The notes beneath the pieces were generated by a model. The model was not told the DNA's origin, searched no databases, and saw only the letters and a list, made by a program, of their open reading frames with translations. Position numbers and translations under genes: made by a program. 64,000 nt of DNA, taken from NCBI GenBank assembly GCA_011109175.1, contig RDEW01000018.1, forward strand, positions 1,112,372 to 1,176,371, given 5' to 3'. Of this stretch, positions 50,590-63,200 are shown piece by piece. The stretch is from Dicyema japonicum. Taxonomy: Eukaryota; Animalia; Dicyemida. The first letter of the stretch is position 1, and each line of letters begins with the position of its first letter.

Positions 50590-52486
50590 TTTAAACCACG
50601 TGGTACTTTGTGGCAAAGTCAACAAACCGGTTCAATCTCAAAATCAAGTGGAAACAGCTGGAGACGAGGTATGGGAAATTCTGTAGGGAAGATAATCCCT
50701 GAAGAGCAGTTCTTTGGCAACCGTGGAGAGTAAGAAGTCAACAAACCGGTTCAATCTCAAAATCAAGTGGAAACAGCTGGAGACGAGGTATGGGAAATTC
50801 TGTAGGGAAGATAATCCCTGAAGAGCAGTTCTTTGGCAACCGTGGAGAGTAAGGTTACACGTTTCCACCAAATTGGAGAATTCAACTAGTCGGTCTCTGT
50901 GTCTACCCAACAGACGACAATCTTCAAGTCGGAAAAACTCGGGAAGTGGTCTTTGATTGATAAAGTGCTCCGATTGAAGGATCTCTGGTATTTCGTAGTC
51001 CAACAGACGAGTCCTCTGATTATTTCTCAGTTTTACATTCTCCGAATTGCTGCTTCTTACCATCTCCCTTAACACTTCAATCTCCTGTCGGTTACTCCCA
51101 CCCAAATACCTTCATCAGTGTAGACTGAATCTCCTCAGACCTGTCCTCAGCCTCCTTTCCAGCCATGAGTTGATTTTTGATTGAAGAACATCGCTCTTCC
51201 AATTCCTTAACGGTCGATTCCTTCTCCCCTACAACTCCACCTAGTCGGTCGACCTCCACGAACAACTCATTAATCTACGTAACCAGGACGACCACCTGCT
51301 CAGATTTTACCGCATTTTCACTTAACAGGTCAGAATTTTGCTTTTTTAGATCCTCGATTTGTTCAACGTGGGAGACTAGCTCTGTTTCCAATTCGTCCGC
51401 GTGTTTCTACCGTAAGTTCAAGTTCCCACCAAATAAATATCGCATTTCCCGCAAATTTGGATCTCCTCGTTGACTTTTTCGTCATTTTCTATCACGTAAG
51501 AGACGTCATCCATCAGAGTGTATGTCACTTCACTTCTGCTCAGTTTATCCACCAAATCTCTCCGGTGTGAGTCAGATTCCTCCAAAAGCTTCTTCATTCT
51601 CGTCTCCTTTTACTCCCATTCCTCTATTTCTCTTTAAATTCAGAAAAACTCTCGTTTTCCGCATTTCTTGCCTCCAAGTAGTCGATCCTTTCCGTCTTTT
51701 CTTTCAAAACTGACCTAAGCTTCTTCACCACCTCCTCCATAGAAGTCCACGAGTCTTCAAGCTTCTTCAATTTACCAACAAGCTCGGAGAATGGCTAAAT
51801 ATGAGAGGACACGTGTACCTTCGATATTATGGACATCATCCCAAGGATGACTATCAACTGCTGAACGAAAAGATTCTGTTTATTACTTAGAAGCTCGATA
51901 TTTTGAACAGCCGACTTGAGAGAAGTGATACACGTGGGCTGGCATTTTCTACGAACAGGTGACTGTCCTCGAATGATGAAATAAGACAATTGCTGCTGGA
52001 ATAAGGAAAACTGGGTCATAAAATCCACGAAAACGGTCTCTTGTGGGACGAGGCTGTAGTCCCTAAAAATAAGGGATGGGAAATACTCGTTTATAGGGTA
52101 ATTTGACAATTTGGGACTATGAGATTGTTTATTGGTGATGAAGGGCTCATACTAGAGATATATAGTTCTTCCACCTGACTGTCACTCGCACTCACAATCG
52201 TCGAGGCAAAAGGCAGGGGGACCCATCTTAGTCCCCATTAGTATCAATCTCATTGTGCATTCCCTCAAACCTCGGTTTACTTTAAGGATGTAGTCTTCAC
52301 GCTGTCGGATTAGCAGACAGATTTGTCCAAGTTGTAGTGCCTCTGTGGCTAGTTTCTCTCCAATGTCTACGGAAGATGTCTATTTTAGAGGATTTAGGGT
52401 ACCTTCGTGAGAGAATCAACGATAGGTCGCAACGAGTCAGATAGAGAATTTAATGCCACACTTATGTCTGAGTGATGAATGTTCAT
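50590..52486 (-). CDS. Uncharacterised coiled-coil protein (multi-exon), 3' end at the inversion breakpoint
   Basis: ATG at 52486, GT-AG micro-introns (e.g. about 52380-52402, 51085-51109), long E/K/L heptad-rich stretch 51100-51750. Confidence 0.55.
50616..50854. repeat. 119-bp two-copy tandem duplication
   Basis: Copies start at 50616 and 50735; appear identical. Confidence 0.95.
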
Positions 52487-52599
52487 AGTCGATATAGTAA
52501 TTTAAATTATATTAATTACATATTTAACTAATTATTTTTTAATTTTAATTAATAAAAGACCGCCATTTAATTTGATGATGTTGTTTAACCCTTTTGTGT

Positions 52600-53150
52600 C
52601 TCATATCGTCGCTTTCATCAAAAATGGTCAGTATTCTACGAAACAAGAAGCGACCATGATCCGATTGTGGTGAAGATCAAAAGAGAGATCAACGTGAGGA
52701 GAATTCCTAGAAGCTACAATTACAAAGGCGCTTACTGGAAATTGCATCGTGAAATCTCAGAAGACGAAATGAAGAACTGTCACTTGGATAGCTTCATTTC
52801 TTTGGATAATGCCATCAGCTGCTTTACCCACATAATCTTGGAAGCAAGATCAATGGCTATACCCAAAAATCACTTAAAGGGAAGACGGCTTTTATCAAAG
52901 AAAAATCAACTTAAAAAACCTAACTGGATAACCTTGGAAATGAAACTCTGGATGAGAACATTTTATAATGAACTAAAGGCCAAAGAGTTCAGGGTCCAGA
53001 GGTTGAAGTGGAATCGTGTGCTTACAATAGTAAATCGAAATCGCACTACGGGAGAAGTGTGGAATGCTATTCCAAGTGTGGCAAAAGGCGATGAAATTTC
53101 ATCGGAGGAAGATTATGTTCAAAGAGATGTGAACAACTTGATAAAATTCT
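52600..53150 (+). mobile_element. LINE ORF2 fragment (APE end + linker)
   Basis: SDHDPIVVKI followed by YNYKGAYWK..IPK..KPNWIT. Confidence 0.65.
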
Positions 53151-53949
53151 ATAGGAAATTTGTTGCTCTCGGATTTTGTGGTCAAGGCAATGAACCATGG
53201 TTAATATACTTTTCAGAATTCATGACATTTTTTAAACCCAGTAGCTCATCCAGTTATCTCTATTGCTTCCATGAGAGGCAACGTTGCAATTACCTCGCTT
53301 TCTATATGCTCGTGCTACATGTCATTCAGCTTCTGTTTTCCTCATAAGAAACTCGGCTGATTTTGGTCATAACAGCAAATTATAGAACCTTTGTAGCCCC
53401 TAATACTGTTTCTTAAAAAAGATCTTTTTTAGATTTGATTTAGACGGGTTTATACCCCATGCAGCACAATTATATCTTCGGTTGTATGTATTGCGTATAC
53501 AGTGAGCTTAATGTGGAACTAAAACAGCCTTTGCCAAAAAGGCTTAGCTGGTTTTACGTTTTAAACAATTCTTACAAAATTATACATTGTCTTTGAGTCC
53601 TAGTTAAACTCATCCAAAATTTCTTAGAGAAATGATGAGATCCCCCGAGGGTAAATATAGATATTTTATCGATTGAAGTTAAAATTGATTAAAAGCAGCG
53701 CTTCCCGATTCGTTTTGAGTTCGCACCCCTCGATTTTATATCTAACAGATATAGAAGGTTGAGGAGGTGACATACCTCTATTGTAGGAGATATCTGAAAC
53801 CTAAAGTCCTGAACAAAACAGTAACCAACACGCCAAGTCTCAGGATTCAAATCTCGACTGAAAAAAAACTTTTAGGATCTTAGTAAGAAATCACATATAA
53901 AAAGATAGTTAATATGATTCTAAATATGTTACCATGACAACAAATCCTG

Positions 53950-54900
53950 TATATCTCTGCAACCTAGCCGATACAAGAATTTAAGACATATTGTTTCCAC
54001 AGTCATAGACAGCAGGCGGATGCTAAAGAAGATTCCTCCACCATATCAAAAGTTCACCACGACGAAGACGACCCATGATTTTACATCAACTAGGGTCATT
54101 CATTACTTAAAAAACGCCCTGCTGGACAAAACGTTTTACTGTTTAAAATTCCGGTGTTTAAATAATTTTAGATAATAAAATCTCCGTATTGCTATAAAAA
54201 TCTTTCGATTAAAATTCCGACTCCATCGAAACTCTCGTTATTTACTTCGATAAAATTATTACAATCAGCTTCAAGCCTACTTCCACGTGTAGTCATAACT
54301 GTGGATAGCCAATTTCAATAAATGTTTCGCTCCTTGTCGGATTCTATGATAGCCTTTATTGAAGAAATAAAATCAACGTCTTTAAAATATCCTCTGATTT
54401 TAGTCACATTCGAGAAGATTAAACACTCAAGTTATGCAAATTCGTATATAAAACAATACTTGTGCAGATATCATGTGTATTCACACACATCTGTCCCGAA
54501 TATCGGTTTCGTTGATCAAAACAAACACATTTTCAGTTCTCTAGTAAACGTAAGTAAAACATCGAAATAGCTTCTGTTAAGTTACCTAAATACTCTTTTC
54601 GGGAAGCGTAGGGAGGTTTACAACACCCCCGAACAAGCCTCGTAAGTTTTTACTGTTAAACTTGGATTCAACCAAGTTTTAGTGACCTCATTGATCAGTA
54701 GATGGAATGAGAAGATCAGATATTTTGTGGCACAATGCCTGTTGAGATTTTTCGTAGACAAATGAATGAATAAAAAACTGCTTTTTACGTGTTCCACATA
54801 AGTCACAATAATATCCCTTGTGGGTTGATAGAAAATTGGCCGGGGTATTTTCTAACAACAGTTTTGACTTGTTCAATAAGTAACAATGACAAATTAGCAT
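53950..54900 (-). mobile_element. Degenerate hAT/CGGBP1-like transposase remnant
   Basis: YYCDLC..H (BED-like), EVTKTWL, LINETDIRDRCV (resembles DETTD..GR.V). Confidence 0.45.
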
Positions 54901-55134
54901 TTTATTAAAAATAATATAATAAAATTTTTGACCTTGTTGACCGAAAAATGAAATTTTTGTATTGATTCCACACTAAGGAATCAGAATGGTTCACCAAAAA
55001 TCTGTCATAGCATCCGGGCTATTGATACCGTCCGGATTGATAGGTAAAATTTATCATTTGAAAACATCTTAGAGTTTTATAAACCCAGTGCCGATTTCCT
55101 TCAAAAATAAAAAAAATTTATTTTTAGTCAATAA

Positions 55135-55310
55135 AGCGAGGCTTGCCAGAAAGAAAAGGGATCAACGAGAAGGGTAATGGCTGATCCAAAAAATTGGAAT
55201 GGCCATACTCTGAGAGAACTCGTTCTCAATCCACGCAGCCGGCTTTCTCAACTAACATTTGTTTTTTTGTTAAATAATTGTCATTTAAAAAAATAAATAA
55301 ATAAATAAAA
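55135..55310 (+). mobile_element. CRE 3' end fragment (third family)
   Basis: Near-identical to 57525-57660 (KIGMAIL..NSFSIHAAGFLN*). Confidence 0.8.
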
Positions 55311-55439
55311 TAAAGTTGAAAATAGAAGAGTTATATAGATCGGTCCCTTTTTCCTTTAAAAAATAAAAAAATTTATTTTGAGACAACAAAGGGATTAAGG
55401 AAGAATAAAGTTAAAAATAGAGGAGGTCAAAAAATCGGT

Positions 55440-55540
55440 CCCTTAAAGTTATGGTTTAAGATTAAGGTTTAAGATTATTACTAAGCTTAGGTTTAGGGGG
55501 TTTTTGGGTTATTGTATAGAATTGAGGTTTAGGATTGCAA
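55440..55540 (+). repeat. Degenerate telomere-like TTAGG(G)/TTTAAG tract
   Basis: GGTTTAAGATTAAGGTTTAAG..TTAGGTTTAGGGGG..GGTTTAGG. Confidence 0.55.
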
Positions 55541-55548
55541 CCTTTGAT

Positions 55549-55766
55549 TAATGATTGATTTGTAAATAAGTATCTCAATATTATCGGTTTTTTCTAATTT
55601 TTTCGAATCTGCTTAAAGTAACGTTATTTCGGTTTTTTTCCTTGGGGGCTTAACATCTAATGATTGATTTGTAAATAAGTATCTCAATATTATCGGTTTT
55701 TTCTAATTTTTTCGAATCTGCTTAAAGTAACGTTATTTCGGTTTTTTTCCTTGGGGGCTTAACATC
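55549..55766. repeat. 109-bp two-copy tandem duplication
   Basis: Copies start at 55549 and 55658. Confidence 0.95.
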
Positions 55767-55880
55767 TCCCTTGGGATTTAACTTCTCTTTATTTTTCTTT
55801 GAAACAAATCTTAGTGGTTGTTAATGTTTTCAAGAGATGAATTGATCTTATAAACCCGGACAGCATCAACGACCATCTTC

Positions 55881-56962
55881 TTATGAGATAAGACATTTAT
55901 TAATTTTTAACAATTGTTTTTTTGTTGATAGTAAAACTCCCTCATTTTTTCAGGGGAAATATCAAGATGGTAAGAGACTGCGTTTTTACTGAGGCAAATA
56001 TTTGCAGAATTCTGAGTGATAATAAATCCATTGACATTATATTTTATGACATGTGCTTCTTCTCCACAAATTCCTTTAGAGTTATTTAATTTTTACCTGT
56101 AATTGCTATATCATAATAAATCCATTGACATTATATTTTATGACATGTGCTTCTTCTCCACAAATTCCTTTAGAGTTATTTAATTTTTACCTGTAATTGC
56201 TACATCTTCCAAATGTATTAATTTTTTATTTTTACAAACTTCAACTATAGCATCTACTGCAGCCTTTGTCATAACATAGCACGTGCCGGAACAATATGGA
56301 GGATATTCATCTAAGGGATACTCATCGTAGGAAATTGCCCTTGGAATTTAACTTTGAAGTTACCATTTTGAATTCTCTCTCTGCGGGGTAATATTCTAAA
56401 ATAAAAAAACGGCCATCTTGTTTGATGCGGAATCCAAACTGAGAAATCCTTAATGTCAATGCTTCAATGTTGAAGAGGACATCGTCATTGACTTTAACAA
56501 AAAAATTAAATTTTCTAAAATTATAAAAAGCCCATCTTATTTTATTATTAAAAACCAACTTGAGAGCCTCAATGCTTTTGATGCTCAAATTGAAGTAAGA
56601 ATCGTAAAAGTCTGCGAATATAAGATCTCCATGTAGTTTTGATTCCTCATCCAGATAAGAAGGTCGTCCAGTTTTATAGTGTCCCATGAAAAATACTAAC
56701 GTTGCATTAAATGCCTTCATTGTTTTCTTATCACCCCACGTGTCTCTTATCGCCTGCCTTCTTGCTTGATTTTTAGGTTCTAAGAAATAAATTAAATTTA
56801 CCCGAAATTACCACTATCAAAGTATCGGTTTTTTCTTTATCAAAGTATTTATAGAGTGAATCTTAAAGAACAGGATAATGAATAGTAAAGTCACCTGAGC
56901 TAAAACTTCAAAAATATTACTGCAATGACTGCTAGGAAACGTTTTCTCCTTAAATACATCAT
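55881..56962 (-). CDS. GT31 beta-1,3-galactosyltransferase-like type II membrane protein
   Basis: MYLRRKRF + TM; ..ARRQAIRDTWG; EESKLHGDLIFADFYDSYFNLSIK; FVKVNDDV; EDVAITGI; H..SPEKM; micro-introns; 94-bp duplication inside. Confidence 0.85.
56019..56203. repeat. 94-bp two-copy tandem duplication inside B3GALT
   Basis: Copies start at 56019 and 56113. Confidence 0.95.
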
Positions 56963-57294
56963 TGTGAATAGTGTTTTCGTGAGAATATAAAATTGGAATG
57001 GCAAAACAATATTTATTCATTAATTCATATTCTTTGGTAAGCCCAGATTAAATATTATTCAATACAATTGGAAAATTAAAATCAATAATATTAATAATTT
57101 AATGTGAATGTGGGCTATTCAATCAATTAAGCTTATCCAACAACATTTCCCAAATTTCCAAAAAAAACATGGTCTTGGTCCAACTGCTCTTCTAAAAAAG
57201 ATAAATTAAATTATTATAATTTTTAATAATATACATTTCAGTGATCTTAATTCTCACATAAAAATCGCCGCTTAATAATTTTTCCTCTTTCACA

Positions 57295-57680
57295 TCCGAA
57301 AGATCTTTGGTCTGGGACGAAACTTGTGTTGACACATTCTAATGCACGAATCTTTTCAAATTAGTTCAGACACCTGGAGCAGCTGCTTCGAACGCGGAAA
57401 ACCTAAAAATCAAGAAATATTCTTTCCTCGTGGACCGATACCGATTTACTCTTGTTACGGTTGAGTCATCGGGAGCCGTTGATCCAATTACGGCTGAGTT
57501 CTTGCGCGAACCCGGAGAAATGCTTTCCAGAAAGAAAAGGGATCAACAAGAAGGGCAATGGCTGAGACAAAAGATTGGAATGGCCATACTCCGAGGGAAC
57601 TCGTTCTCGATCCACGCAGCCGGCTTCCTCAACTAACATTTGTTTCTTTGTTAAATATTTGTCTTTAATTTGCTAAAAAA
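57295..57680 (+). mobile_element. CRE RLE 3' end (third family)
   Basis: LVWDETCVDTF..KIKKY..RFTLVTVESSG..WLRQKIGMAILRGN. Confidence 0.85.
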
Positions 57681-57914
57681 TAATAATAATTCATGTCGAA
57701 TGGCGAAGTGTAACGAGTTGCGGGAAATATGCTTGATGGCCCCTATTTCGAATCTCGCATGACTCTAAAACTCTAATAATTGACTCGAGTCAATGTTTCC
57801 CTAACACTAATGATTAGGGCGATTTTTTTACTTTAGAAATTCGAAAGTTTGACCTAAAAATTGACTTTATTGACTTTAAGATTTCAAAATTTTTACCATT
57901 TTTGACAAAAAAAT

Positions 57915-58110
57915 TTTTTTTAATATGAGAGACAGTGGTTAGGTGTCGGGCAAAGTGGCTTAGGTCACGGGTTCGATTCTCGCTGCTGTTCACCTGGTGG
58001 AAGCTAAAAAAGGCTTGACGAGTGACGCCGTCATCAGTGGACATCACTGCGGAACTGGATAGTCTGAAAGGACATACACCCAAGAAAAAGAAAACAAAAA
58101 AGTGAAGAGG
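57915..58110 (+). mobile_element. tRNA-derived SINE copy (family A)
   Basis: GGGTTCGATTCTCGCTGCTGTTCA..GAGTGACGCCGTCATCAG..CACTGCGGAAC..CAAGAAAAAGAAAAC. Confidence 0.7.
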
Positions 58111-58325
58111 ATTTCTTGATCCTCCCTCGATTAGCAATTATAACTGTTCTTTGCTTAAAATAAAGTGTGTGTTCTGCCTGTGGGGAGCGATAATGGCTCC
58201 TCACAAAGTGCGAACATTATTATCAAAGAAGCTAATCGAAAAATTTATTAAAATATAGAATAATGTAATTCAAAACGTTTTCAGGTTAAAAAATTCGGTA
58301 TAATAATTTTAGCATTAATTAAAAT

Positions 58326-58845
58326 NNNNNNNNNNNNNNNNNNNNNNNNNNNNNNNNNNNNNNNNNNNNNNNNNNNNNNNNNNNNNNNNNNNNNNNNNNN
58401 NNNNNNNNNNNNNNNNNNNNNNNNNNNNNNNNNNNNNNNNNNNNNNNNNNNNNNNNNNNNNNNNNNNNNNNNNNNNNNNNNNNNNNNNNNNNNNNNNNNN
58501 NNNNNNNNNNNNNNNNNNNNNNNNNNNNNNNNNNNNNNNNNNNNNNNNNNNNNNNNNNNNNNNNNNNNNNNNNNNNNNNNNNNNNNNNNNNNNNNNNNNN
58601 NNNNNNNNNNNNNNNNNNNNNNNNNNNNNNNNNNNNNNNNNNNNNNNNNNNNNNNNNNNNNNNNNNNNNNNNNNNNNNNNNNNNNNNNNNNNNNNNNNNN
58701 NNNNNNNNNNNNNNNNNNNNNNNNNNNNNNNNNNNNNNNNNNNNNNNNNNNNNNNNNNNNNNNNNNNNNNNNNNNNNNNNNNNNNNNNNNNNNNNNNNNN
58801 NNNNNNNNNNNNNNNNNNNNNNNNNNNNNNNNNNNNNNNNNNNNN
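58326..58845. other. Assembly gap (520 N)
   Basis: Run of N. Confidence 1.
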
Positions 58846-59269
58846 AAGAATATAAGGGTTGCTGACTAAACCAGAAATGGGTGTTAGTATCTTTAAGTTA
58901 ATTTGTCATTTCATGACCAGAGCCAACTCACTCATCAACAGCCAAATTATCTTCCCTTCAATATACGGATTTATGTACAACTTATTCACTTACCTGCGCC
59001 TATGCAAAGTAAGTGCACCAGTCACTGTCACTCAATCTTTCTCAATATTTGACGAATCTTAGATCCATCGTAGTTTTAAGTGGATGAGGAGTTGGATTGA
59101 GTGATACAATTAGATATAAATAATCGACAAGGAGGATTCATGTGGCAGGCCGTTAAGTAAGAACTTCAAGGCGGATTTTAAATTTTTGACAAATAATTTT
59201 AAATATAATTTAATCCAATTAAATTATATTTAATTCTACTTTTCAGAAACGGATATAAGAAGAACTGCT

Positions 59270-60650
59270 CAATACAAAGACTACCTACTCCCACCGCACA
59301 GATGGAATCTCTGTTATCCTGCTGAAAAATCTTGGACCGAAGGGGATAAGGACCCTTACAAAAATATACAATTGGTCTTTAAGGGAAAATGCGATCCCCT
59401 CACTATGGAAACTCGCCTACATCCGCCCGATATTGAAGATGGGAAAACCAAAAAACAACCTGGCATCGTTGCTATCTTCAAAGTCGAAAATTCTGGAAAA
59501 ACTAGTTCTTCAGAAGATCAGAGGAACAATCCCAGAGAAACCATTCCGACACCGATTTAAATCTTTTCACTCGACGGATATCCACCTACTATCCTTGAGT
59601 GATTTTATTCGCTCGGGGTTCACCAACAAACCCAGGCACAAAAAGACAACTTTATGTTCTGTAGACATTCACAAGGCATTCGACTCCATCCCAAGAAAAA
59701 GACTCACCAGGAAAATCTATCAGACGGATATAGCTGGGAATTTCAAGCTCTGACTGGTGAATTTCCTCAGTGGACGAAGAGGATGAGTCTGTTTGAGAAA
59801 CCTACGGTCGAGCTTCCGTTGGGAATTCCAAATGGAATACCCAAGGATCTCCTCTGTCCCCTATACTCTTCAACCTTTTCTTGAATGACATCCCGACTCC
59901 GAAGCATGAGGATGACCTTTTACTGGTTTATACAGATGATATTGTTATTGCATACAGGGACCGAGACGTTCAGGTGGCCTCTGAGAGATTACCATTACTT
60001 GCTTAATCTACTGGTTAGATGAAAACAGTCCGTCGATCAGCCCGGAAAAATCGGTTACGTCTCTCCTTACCTCTGATAAGAGAATATCCAACAGGACAGT
60101 GGATATAAAAGTAGATGGAAGCAAGTTGCCATTCCAAAAATGGTAGAAGATCCTGGGAGTAGTATTCGACACTTATATGACTTTCTCGCACCACGTGGGG
60201 AATGTTTTAAAGAAATGTGAAAAGAAGATCAACCTCTTGAAGGGGATCTCTGGTTAATGGAAGATCGGAAGTCATCCCGTTCTGAATTCACAATACAGCC
60301 AGTACATCGAGCCATGAATACCATATGCATGAGCCATGCATATCATACCCTCAAATATCTTGGACGATTGCCCAGAGAATTGCGGCAATTCAATAAAAAA
60401 GCGTTTTTCGTGATAGAAAACTGGATCAAAGGGGATCTAAATTATACACCCACCTTCTTTGAAGACATACTAAGAAGAAAAAGAGGCCAAACTCAACGAT
60501 ACCAGAGGATCACTCGTTTACTGCGTGCTTGTGTTGGATCGAGGGAAGACCACCGGGCCAAGCTGAGACCCTATTGAAATTCGTCGGGATCACATAATTT
60601 CTTGTTTTTATTTTTAACTGTGGTCTTTGGAAATAAATTTCAATTTCAAT
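59270..60650 (+). mobile_element. I/Jockey-group LINE ORF2 (RT to 3' end)
   Basis: DIHKAFDSIPR, GIPQGSPLSPILFNLFL, YTDD, KKINLLKGISG; ends FVGIT* + ACTGTGGTC + AATAAA. Confidence 0.88.
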
Positions 60651-60706
60651 TATTATTTAATTATAAATAAAATTTAAAAAAACAATAAAATAAATAAATA
60701 ACTTTT

Positions 60707-61780
60707 ATGTCGTCGTTCGAAAGCTCAAATATCGACCAGAACTCTGAAAACGACGAAAATAATGGAATTTATAGTTTCAAATACGGCTTATTTAAGAAAA
60801 ACTGGCCGAAATGACCAAGAACTTTAATGACATGTCCCTGGCACACTCAATAGCGGTCGACGAGAACTTCCAATTTGCCACTGAGGACTTCGACAACGAC
60901 AACAGTATACAATCAACCATCAAGAAGATCTTTCACGACGCCTTCTGGGACATTCTGGATACCCAGTTGAATGAAACTCCTCCAAATTACACACAGGCCA
61001 TCTCCCTCCTTCAAGAATTAAAACTTGTAAGTCTCTGACTTAGTAGAATTTCAACTTCGTCATCTCTGAAAGGCATCCTAAGCTGAGGGACCAAGTGGAC
61101 TCTTATTTGGACCAAGTGCATATTCAGAAACAGCTCTCCACGGATACCTTCGAACTTGGTGAATACGCAGATTTTGTTATCCGGATGATGGCCAATCTGT
61201 GTGCGCCAATCAGGGATCAGCAAGTGGCCAGTTTGTACTCTTTCAAGGACCGGCCGGCTCTCCTCTTTAGGTAGTTAGTCTGTCCTTACATTGTAGGAAC
61301 ATATTTGAGATTATGGAACTTATGAAGGTTGATATGATCAACTTCCTGATCAAAAGGGCGAGACCGATGATTCTCCAGCATTCCGTGGAATATGAAAAAG
61401 CCAAGTTTTCCACCGTATTCGGTTATCCGTGACCGTAATTGTAGAAACCGAGAAGGACGGCATTGAGTTTACCAAAAATTGGCTAAAAGAGGCCGTCAAA
61501 CGATGTGGAGACGACACGGCCATGAATATCCTCAACAACGTCTACTTAGACCTCCTCAACATGTCTTTGGATGAGTCTTATCACCTCCCAGAAGTAAGGT
61601 TGGTTTAACAAAGACTCTTATTCTGGACGGGTTCCGAGTTGTCTATACTTCTGAGAATACGGCCAAAATATGCTTGTTATGTGCGGTTCTGTCCCTTCTC
61701 AGTGCTCACGTGAGGGAGGTGACCAGGGAGATGCTTGCAACTTGTTATATCTGAAGATACTCAGATATGAATGATGGTAA
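60707..61780 (+). CDS. T-complex protein 11-like (TCP11L/Sok1 family), C-terminus short or truncated
   Basis: MSLAHSIAVDENFQ, IFHDAFWDIL..PPNY..AI.LL, MMANLCAPIRD, MKVDMINF, HSVEYEKAKF; micro-introns. Confidence 0.88.
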
Positions 61781-61809
61781 TTTTCAAAATTAAATTTATT
61801 TTCATTTTG

Positions 61810-62040
61810 ATAGATGTCATTAAATTCCTATTATTTTTGTTTTTTGTTGAACGTAAAACTCTCATTTTTTCAGAGAAATATCAAGATGGTAAGAGGCTGC
61901 GTTTTTAATGAGGCCAATGTTCCCAGAATTCTGAGTGTTAATAAATCCCTCGACATAATATTTTATGACCTGTGTTCCCTCTCTATAAATTCCTTATAGA
62001 GTTTATTTCATTTTACATGTAATTGCAATTACCTCCGACG
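61810..62040 (-). pseudogene. GT31/B3GALT 3' fragment fused to a CRE RT fragment
   Basis: Homologous to 55930-56205 including the intron; 5' side replaced by WYLDDLTVGG of the CRE element. Confidence 0.75.
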
Positions 62041-63200
62041 GTCAGGTCATCAAGGTACCATAGGTTCAGTGGAGTTAGCATCGCTGATACTGCACAGTCG
62101 ATGCCAAAGGCAAAGAGCAGGGGGCCAAGGGGGTCACCTTATTGAACTCTAGTCTTGGAATCGATGATGTATTGCCCGAATCTTAGCGCACATGAGGAAC
62201 CATATGAATATTTTCTTATTCAAATGATATCCGGAATCCTGGAGATATTAGCTTCTATGATTCTATCTGTCCAGTTTCCATTTTGACTATTATAGCATTT
62301 GCAGTGTCTAGCTGACTGGCAGCTATCTTCGCCCTCAGACGTCTGAATACGTTGCTTATAGCGATGGGTCTTAACTCACCTCAAGGTTTTCTGAAGGCAA
62401 TCAGTTTGGATGCATAAAAGAAGTTTTCTGGCATAGTGGGAGATATCAGACCGAGGAATTCGGTCTTTATGGGTCTTTATTGAATTAATAAGGGAGTTCT
62501 GGCAGAAATAAAGTTTTTCATATGGCTCGGACATAAACCGTCTGCTTCGCTGCTTCATGGGAAAGATGAAATTGCAGATCGTATATCACTTGTGCTGGTG
62601 GCCAAATGTGGAATGTCCTTCTCAATTTATGTCTCAAGTAGATCTGACGGGGAAGGCAGATGTTTTTGGATGATGAGCTCGAGAGTTTCTATAGTTGGTG
62701 AAAGAACCTTGTCATTGCTAGAGAGCGTACGCAGGGCACCCTGAATGTCCCCAACCATGACCTTCTTATTGATTTCTTTTCGTAAATCCCACTTGTATTT
62801 TTTGATCCTGGACGATGAGGGCGAATGATCAGCAATCGAATGACTTCACAATGCTATCGACAGGTTAAAAGTATCGTATTTAGAGGCATTTCTCTTGATG
62901 ATTGAATTGAGTATCCCTTCTTTCAGTTCGGTTGGATTTGATCCTAGGACAAGAAGTGCAAAACAAAGAAGTCGTATCGTCATCGACTACCCTGGTAATT
63001 AGCTTTGAAAGACAGGAATCAGCTGTTGACGTGTTTTGGGATTTTGAGTGGGATAATCCTTACCGACACAAGACGATTCAAACTGCGTTATTCATCCGTC
63101 TTAGATAGGTTCAGGACAGGTCCAGTGGAGGGTTCCCTTTCTCTGCCGTTATTCCAGAGGAATTAATAGAAGACCAATTTGGCAGAGATTGGCGGTCCTT
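62040..63200 (-). mobile_element. Degraded CRE RT region lacking its 3' half
   Basis: GDIQGALRTL, PIAISNVFRRL, QQGDPLGPLLFALG (frameshifted), WYLDD. Confidence 0.85.

Noticed and set aside
57915-57995. tRNA gene
   Set aside because: B-box present but no complete cloverleaf or terminator; continues into a shared repeat body, so it is a SINE head.
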